Origin: a virus
Taxonomy: Duplodnaviria > Heunggongvirae > Uroviricota > Caudoviricetes
Virus record (IMG/VR): IMGVR_UViG_3300037384_000074
Location: 1-20,111 of that record
Reading direction: 5' to 3' (one strand)
Length of the DNA: 20,111 bases
Part shown: positions 15,315 through 20,111 of the stretch, in pieces
Numbering within the stretch: the first letter of the stretch is position 1
Layout: every line of letters starts with the position of its first letter
Position numbers and translations under genes: made by a program
Notes under the pieces: model-generated
What the model saw: only the letters and a program-made list of their open reading frames with translations
The model's database searches: none
What the model was told of the DNA's origin: nothing

Positions 15315-15764
15315 TTGAACGACGAAAACGATGTTTTCAATGGTTATGGTATTCGCGTCAGGTTAAAGAGAGGCTTCACGAAAGTAACTGAGGCACTCTC
15401 AAGAATTGGTTATGCCAAACCTGGAGTGTCGGTATTATACCAATCTTGCCATTTGTTCCATAAACGTGGCGAATACGCCATAATGCATTTCAAAGAACTC
15501 CTTGAGTTCGACGGTAAAGATACTGACACCTCCGATAACGATATAGCTCGCCGTAATAGAATTGCTTCCCTTCTCGAAGAATGGGGATATGTCGAAATAA
15601 TCGACAAAGACGAATGCTATCATGGAGAAGATCCTATGATAAGCATGTCCAACATCAAAATTGTTTCACTCATTGACAAGCCATATTGGCGTTTTGAGCC
15701 AAAATATACGTTTAATAAGCGTAGTGATGTTGTAGAGCCTGTAAGGATCATCGATAATGAATAA
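15315..15764 (+). CDS. regA: Translational repressor RegA
   Basis: EALSRIG, LYQSCHLFHKRGEYAIMHFKELL..DG, RRNRIASLLEEWG. Confidence 0.93.
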   Translation: MNDENDVFNGYGIRVRLKRGFTKVTEALSRIGYAKPGVSVLYQSCHLFHKRGEYAIMHFKELLEFDGKDTDTSDNDIARRNRIASLLEEWGYVEIIDKDECYHGEDPMISMSNIKIVSLIDKPYWRFEPKYTFNKRSDVVEPVRIIDNE

Positions 15765-15876
15765 GATATGTGCAGCTATAATTGCAATAGTGATACTAAC
15801 AGTTAGTACAACTGCTGCCAATTCAAATAATGAAATTCAGTGGACAATTCATGAGTACAGTTATTCTAGACACTGA
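15757..15876 (+). CDS. Possible small exported or membrane peptide (39 aa, MNKICAAIIAIVILTVSTTAANSNN...)
   Basis: ATG overlaps the regA end and the ORF fills the gap to the HAD gene; has a basic N-terminus, a hydrophobic core and a TAA-like cleavage site. Absent from the ORF track. Confidence 0.4.
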   Translation: MNKICAAIIAIVILTVSTTAANSNNEIQWTIHEYSYSRH

Positions 15877-16438
15877 TGGTGTGTTGCTTGGTTATCGTGA
15901 CGCATTTAATCAGTGGTTGGTCGAAAAGGGGTTCGTCAAGAACCTAAATTCTTGGCCAGAAAATCAATATTATGTTGACGACTATTTAACAGTTGATAAG
16001 CGACACGCTAAAAGCCTGATAACAGCTTTCAACGAATCTCATCACGTAGCCAAATTACCCTCAATCTCACGAGCACAGAGTGCCATTCGTCGTTTACGTG
16101 AGAGAGGATACATCCTTCGTGTCGTAACTTCATTCTCGGATCATTATGAATCTATGAAGCTACGTGAGACCAATCTGACAAACGTATTTGGATTGGACGC
16201 TTTTCAGTCTATCACCAGTCTCCCTTTGGGACAACCAAAAACTAAATACCTTGCACAGTATGCGTCTGACGACACATATTATGTAGATGATCTGCCACGA
16301 CATATTACTGAAGCTTTAGAAGCAGGTCTGCCAGCAGATAACGTAATGTTGATGAGTCAACCTTACAATTTCAATTCAGATTACATTAATTATACTTGGC
16401 AGGAAGTGATTAGCAAGATTCTAGGAGAATATTATTGA
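15851..16438 (+). CDS. HAD-family 5'(3')-deoxyribonucleotidase-like phosphatase
   Basis: ILDTDGVL (DxDGV), VVTS, K, and YVDD motifs. Start placed at ATG 15851. Confidence 0.8.
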   Translation: MSTVILDTDGVLLGYRDAFNQWLVEKGFVKNLNSWPENQYYVDDYLTVDKRHAKSLITAFNESHHVAKLPSISRAQSAIRRLRERGYILRVVTSFSDHYESMKLRETNLTNVFGLDAFQSITSLPLGQPKTKYLAQYASDDTYYVDDLPRHITEALEAGLPADNVMLMSQPYNFNSDYINYTWQEVISKILGEYY

Positions 16439-17631
16439 GTAATCTAAATTATGAGGTTGTTAAGGCGGCCGTCGATCAGTATGGTAGCCAGCGGAAAGCT
16501 GCGGAAGCTCTAGAAGTAGCCCGTAGTACTGTTCAATATCACCTCAAAATGGGTGAAGTTTCGACGGATCCTGCCGAAAAAGTTCTGCATAGAAATTGTG
16601 TAGTGATTGGGGAAGATGTTAAGGATGTTCCATATTTTTGGTATAAAAATGAGGAAGTATCAGTCTTCATTGACCGACGTGAGAAGCCAAGAACATATGA
16701 AGATGTTCGGGATGAACTCATTGCAGCGATGTCTCAGCATGCTCCTGTATATGACAAGATCGAGTACAGCAACGATCGCGACCATCTGTTAGTTGTAGAT
16801 CCTGCCGATATTCACATTGGTAAACTCTCAAAGGTCTACGAAACTGATTCCGAATACAATATCGATATTGCAATTGAGCGTGTAGATCGAGGTATCTCGG
16901 ATGTAATTGCCAAGTCTTCAGCATTCAAGATCGAGAAGATCGTTTTTGTAATTGGTAACGATGTAATTCACATTGACAATATTCGTAGAACGACAACTGC
17001 AGGAACTCCTCAGGATACTACAGGTCAGTGGTGGGAGATGTTCTTTGAGGCGAAGGGTTGCTATGTTAGGGCAATCGAACGTTTGACTGAAATTGCTCCT
17101 GTTCACGTTGTTTTTTGTCCTTCTAACCACGATTTCCAGTCTGGTTGGATGCTTGCTGACACAATCTATTCTTGGTTTCGTAACAACCCGAATGTAGAAT
17201 TCGGCGAAGACCAGCGAAATCTTTCAATGAAGCACCGTAAATACGTTGAATATGGTGACAATTTGATTGGGTTCACTCATGGAGATACGACCAAGGAAAA
17301 GGATCTTGTCACGTTAATGCAGCATGAAGCTCGAGCTTCATGGGGTAGAACGAAGTATAGTTATCTATATGTTCACCATTATCATCATAAGATTCGCAAT
17401 ACGTTTGGTAAGGATTCTCAGAAACTCGAAAAGGATCACATCGGTTTTACTGTGATCAATACTGCCCGTCAGAGTTCTCCAGAAAATAATACGTATGTTG
17501 AGTACGTTAGATCACCATCAGCTCCTGATGGTTGGCACTCTAGACAGGGACATGTTGCACGTCAGGCTGTCGAAGCTTTTGTCCATCATCCTGACAATGG
17601 ACAGATTGCAAGATTCACGTCATTCTTTTGA
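16435..17631 (+). CDS. N-terminal HTH plus calcineurin-like metallophosphoesterase
   Basis: SQRKAAEALEVARSTVQYHL HTH; DIHIG, GNDVIH, SNHD, THGD, HHYHH motifs. Confidence 0.8.
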   Translation: MSNLNYEVVKAAVDQYGSQRKAAEALEVARSTVQYHLKMGEVSTDPAEKVLHRNCVVIGEDVKDVPYFWYKNEEVSVFIDRREKPRTYEDVRDELIAAMSQHAPVYDKIEYSNDRDHLLVVDPADIHIGKLSKVYETDSEYNIDIAIERVDRGISDVIAKSSAFKIEKIVFVIGNDVIHIDNIRRTTTAGTPQDTTGQWWEMFFEAKGCYVRAIERLTEIAPVHVVFCPSNHDFQSGWMLADTIYSWFRNNPNVEFGEDQRNLSMKHRKYVEYGDNLIGFTHGDTTKEKDLVTLMQHEARASWGRTKYSYLYVHHYHHKIRNTFGKDSQKLEKDHIGFTVINTARQSSPENNTYVEYVRSPSAPDGWHSRQGHVARQAVEAFVHHPDNGQIARFTSFF

Positions 17632-17637
17632 TAAATA
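17630..17637 (+). promoter_or_regulatory. Late promoter (GATAAATA)
   Basis: 19 nt upstream of the 17657 ATG, with an AAGGA RBS in between. Confidence 0.6.
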
Positions 17638-17656
17638 GGTCAAAAGGATACGTATA

Positions 17657-18313
17657 ATGGCTTTTGGCGATAAAAACAAGAAAAATCCGTTCGTCAAGAA
17701 GGATGCTGATGAGACAAAAAATGACGCCCCAGACAAGAAGGGCGGCTCATCAGATCAGCCTACTGAAGGTAAGTCAGATAATAAGTCTGACGATAAAGAA
17801 AAGAAATCCCCACCTCAGCCAGGTAAATCTGGGTCAAACAAGGGTGAGGGGATGGAGATCAAAGACAAGGTCAAAGTTGACCTAGAGCCAACTTACAAGT
17901 TGAAGGAAGATATCGAATTTATCTTTGATAATGACCTTTCGGATATCAGTGAACACGCTGATATTGTTGAGTGGTATGAGCGGGAAGCTCAGGAATTGGG
18001 TGAAGATATTTCATTCACGACCAGGCTCAAGCGTAAAGCTTTGATGAGACGTTTCAAGCAGCGTCTTAAGATCTCTCGTGAGAGATCGGTCAATCGTAGA
18101 GCTACAATCGATCGCATTGCGAATCGGGCTCGTAAAAGCGCCATTTCTACACTAAAAGCGAAGTTTTCAGGTGGTAAGAAGACATCAGATCTCTCGAATT
18201 CTGAAAAGAATCGTGTTGAGAGAATGGTTCATCAGCGCAAGAATTCAGTAATTCGTCTTACCAGAAAGCTGATCAGAAAGAAGCGTGAACTAGAGCGGGA
18301 TCGCCTAAAGTGA
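17657..18313 (+). CDS. Late hypothetical protein, possibly a prohead-core-like virion protein
   Basis: Low-complexity K/D/S/G N-terminus, acidic middle with (I/L)xE sites and a very basic helical C-terminus; late promoter upstream. Confidence 0.6.
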   Translation: MAFGDKNKKNPFVKKDADETKNDAPDKKGGSSDQPTEGKSDNKSDDKEKKSPPQPGKSGSNKGEGMEIKDKVKVDLEPTYKLKEDIEFIFDNDLSDISEHADIVEWYEREAQELGEDISFTTRLKRKALMRRFKQRLKISRERSVNRRATIDRIANRARKSAISTLKAKFSGGKKTSDLSNSEKNRVERMVHQRKNSVIRLTRKLIRKKRELERDRLK

Positions 18314-18798
18314 TTCCGTTTTCAGTATTTTCCGAGAACGTAAAGAAGAAATTCGTAGGGCTTTACTTTACAGAAGAAAGCACGGATGCTCTGCGAAATT
18401 GGGCATTGATGGCTGGTTTCGACTTGACAACTAAGTTTAACGGTAGTAAACAGTCAGTTCTAGAATTCGATTTCCATACTACAATATTCTTCACCAACAA
18501 TTATGTTGATATCGCAAATGGCGAATACAAAATTGAGCCATTCACACTCTCGTTGTCACATTTCGAATTACTTGGACATGAACGCAATATTCCAGTGTTG
18601 AAAATTAACAGTGATAATTGGACACTTCAGTCTCTACGTCAGGGATTCGAAGAAATGGGATTTAGAGATGAGTGGCCAGAGTATAAACCACACATTTCGC
18701 TATCATATAACTGGGATGGCAGACCTAGAATGCAGAATCTAGAAGTCCCGTTGATTCATGTAGTGGCAGACCGAATTAAGGTTGAGGACGCAGACTAA
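18310..18798 (+). CDS. acb1: 2H phosphoesterase, T4 gp57B/Acb1-like (anti-CBASS nuclease candidate)
   Basis: Two HxT/S motifs (FHTTIFF, YKPHISLSY); N-terminus resembles gp57B (F..FS...GLYF.EES.DAL); similar length. Confidence 0.7.
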   Translation: MIPFSVFSENVKKKFVGLYFTEESTDALRNWALMAGFDLTTKFNGSKQSVLEFDFHTTIFFTNNYVDIANGEYKIEPFTLSLSHFELLGHERNIPVLKINSDNWTLQSLRQGFEEMGFRDEWPEYKPHISLSYNWDGRPRMQNLEVPLIHVVADRIKVEDAD

Positions 18799-18974
18799 TG
18801 GAATATTCTGTCGTGATTGCACGCACAGATTCCCCTGATAGAACACAGAAAATGTTCACGTTGAAGGGAGTCAAAGATATGATGAACGATCTTTGGCGTC
18901 ATCCAAAAGTCAAGGGTGCTATCGCATACCATCTAGATCGAGAAATTGACAGATTCGTTAAAAAGTCAATATAA
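18798..18974 (+). CDS. Small hypothetical protein (58 aa, MEYSVVIARTDSPD...FVKKSI)
   Basis: TAATG coupling with the acb1-like stop; ends directly at the terminator. Absent from the ORF track. Confidence 0.65.
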   Translation: MEYSVVIARTDSPDRTQKMFTLKGVKDMMNDLWRHPKVKGAIAYHLDREIDRFVKKSI

Positions 18975-18997
18975 AAGGGGCCTTTCGGCCCCTTTTT
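18973..18997. terminator. Bidirectional intrinsic terminator
   Basis: AAAA-GGGGCC-TTTC-GGCCCC-TTTTT between convergent genes. Confidence 0.9.
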
Positions 18998-18998
18998 C

Positions 18999-19778
18999 TT
19001 ACACTACTTTACAATATTTGGTTGACGCTGGAAATGCGGAAGGTTTCAACTTCCTGGGATCTACAATGATACCTCTAGACTCGAGACCTTTACGGTCATC
19101 ATAATAGATTGCAAATGTTGTCAATGAAGTTGCGTCTGAATCGAAATAAACAGTTTTGACAGGAGCATGTTTAACTTCACCCATCTCAGTCCCTACATTA
19201 TTAATAGCGCCTCTAACAGGACTAGCGGAAGCAACTGCTTTCACATCTCCGGAGGAAAGTGAGAGACTAGAAATCCCATAACACATGGGATCATGGTATG
19301 GTGTACCAGTGCTAATCCCCCAATGAAGCGGCTCATATCTATGAGTCGGAACTGGAATCGAGTAGGAATCTCGAAGTAGTTTGTTCAAATCATATACTGG
19401 AACTTTTTCCGGAATATACATCACTCCAATGACGCCGATATTAGAAACGTCATTTCCAGTTCGACCTGCATATGATGAAGATCGTGATCCAAACTTAAAT
19501 ACTCGAACTTCGTCATCTGAAGTTCTCCACCCGTCAATATATAATGTGCCATATGCTGCAACAATATAACCTTTACTGTGCTCAGAGGCCGGTTCTCCAT
19601 CCATGACAGATAGACCGTCAACAGAAACAATAATTTCTGCGCGTCGAGGTCGATGGTTTATAACTCGGATTTTGTAGTTTGAGTTCGGCCGACCTTCTAC
19701 GTAAGTATCTCCTTCGTGAAGATAGGTAGTGATCGGTTTATCGTTGATAAGGATATCAACTGAATAAGCTTTAGACAT
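18999..19778 (-). CDS. Hypothetical protein with a beta-rich N-terminal domain, late-expressed
   Basis: 259 aa; AAGGAG RBS; YKIRV...VSVDG..V.DG...GY....IDGWR...F.F...SYA...G.IGV pattern, as seen in uncharacterised bacterial and phage proteins (recalled). Confidence 0.8.
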   Translation of the reverse strand: MSKAYSVDILINDKPITTYLHEGDTYVEGRPNSNYKIRVINHRPRRAEIIVSVDGLSVMDGEPASEHSKGYIVAAYGTLYIDGWRTSDDEVRVFKFGSRSSSYAGRTGNDVSNIGVIGVMYIPEKVPVYDLNKLLRDSYSIPVPTHRYEPLHWGISTGTPYHDPMCYGISSLSLSSGDVKAVASASPVRGAINNVGTEMGEVKHAPVKTVYFDSDATSLTTFAIYYDDRKGLESRGIIVDPRKLKPSAFPASTKYCKVV

Positions 19779-19847
19779 GATTTCTCCTTTTGGTCTTGTA
19801 GCTTAACTTGCTTTACTGCCAATACACAATTAACACTTGTGCAACAG

Positions 19848-19855
19848 TATTTATA
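19848..19855 (-). promoter_or_regulatory. Late promoter TATAAATA for the 19778 minus-strand gene
   Basis: Plus strand reads TATTTATA; exact consensus about 70 nt upstream of the ATG. Confidence 0.6.
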
Positions 19856-19880
19856 CATGTTAAAGCCACCTCCACAAATA

Positions 19881-19888
19881 CATAAATA
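19881..19888 (+). promoter_or_regulatory. Late promoter CATAAATA
   Basis: Upstream of the AGGAG RBS and the ATG at 19922. Confidence 0.65.
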
Positions 19889-19921
19889 CTCCAAAGACGA
19901 TTTACATATTAGGAGATACAT

Positions 19922-20111
19922 ATGGCTTGGGGTAAGACTGACACCGCCAATAGCGCACCAACTTATATCACAGAGATTAAAAATGGTGACACTGGCATTG
20001 AACAGTATGGTAATACTGTTTTTGCTGTAGATGCTGTCGAAGCTTCTGTAACAAATGGTCCAGCATCGCCCGGCTGGGTTCGAGTCGTCCCGAAGGGCAG
20101 TCGCAAGTTGT
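19922..20111 (+). CDS. N-terminus of a probable virion structural protein (truncated by the window end)
   Basis: MAWGKTD...VFAVDAVEA...SPGWV pattern resembles T4-like head/tail-associated proteins (recalled); late promoter plus AGGAG RBS; frame open to the end of the window. Confidence 0.6.
   Translation, partial: MAWGKTDTANSAPTYITEIKNGDTGIEQYGNTVFAVDAVEASVTNGPASPGWVRVVPKGSRKL

Noticed and set aside
906-15850. Longest-ORF starts given in the track (906, 4139, 11127, 11644, 14773, 14945, 15830)
   Set aside because: Downstream starts give coupled overlaps, RBSs and family-typical N-termini.
826-19921. Short antisense or alternative-frame ORFs in the track (e.g. 826-1047, 5535-5744, 6233-6655, 8052-8312, 13127-13444, 13828-14223, 16539-17130, 19381-19630, 19697-19921, 19839-20030)
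   Set aside because: They overlap well-supported genes or promoters, lack RBSs and show no motifs; they are shadow ORFs.
1-20111. tRNA, rRNA, CRISPR array, transposase or QueC gene
   Set aside because: No cloverleaf, spaced repeats, transposase motifs or SGGxDS PP-loop were found by eye; this was not a computational scan.

Overview
A 20 kb segment of a T4-like (Tevenvirinae/Straboviridae-related, distant from T4) myophage genome at roughly 40% GC by eye. The host cannot be determined from sequence. The T4 core order gp55 - gp47 - gp46 ... gp45 - gp44 - gp62 - regA is present. Between gp46 and gp45 lies a ~9.5 kb accessory cassette for 7-deazaguanine DNA modification and nucleotide-pool control. 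It holds QueD, intein-split QueE, FolE, a QueD paralogue with the LxxxHRHxF motif (DpdL-like, CDG decarboxylase), a TGT/DpdA-like TIM barrel, a DUF3310 (T7 gp1.7-like) kinase candidate, a dUTPase, a tandem MazG-like pyrophosphatase and a GT-A glycosyltransferase. No QueC is in the window, so the predicted base is 7-deazaguanine (dDG) or CDG. The cassette carries three parasitic elements: a mini-intein in the QueE CxxxCxxC motif and two free-standing HNH endonucleases. One HNH gene split the dUTPase gene and supplied a replacement N-terminus. Other notable items are two late-promoter genes with T4 internal-protein-like capsid-targeting N-termini inside the cassette, a peptide deformylase homologue that has lost its catalytic residues, an Acb1/gp57B-like 2H phosphoesterase, eight NATAAATA late promoters at gene starts and a hairpin-rich noncoding region upstream of gp55. 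All family assignments come from motif recognition by eye; no searches were run.
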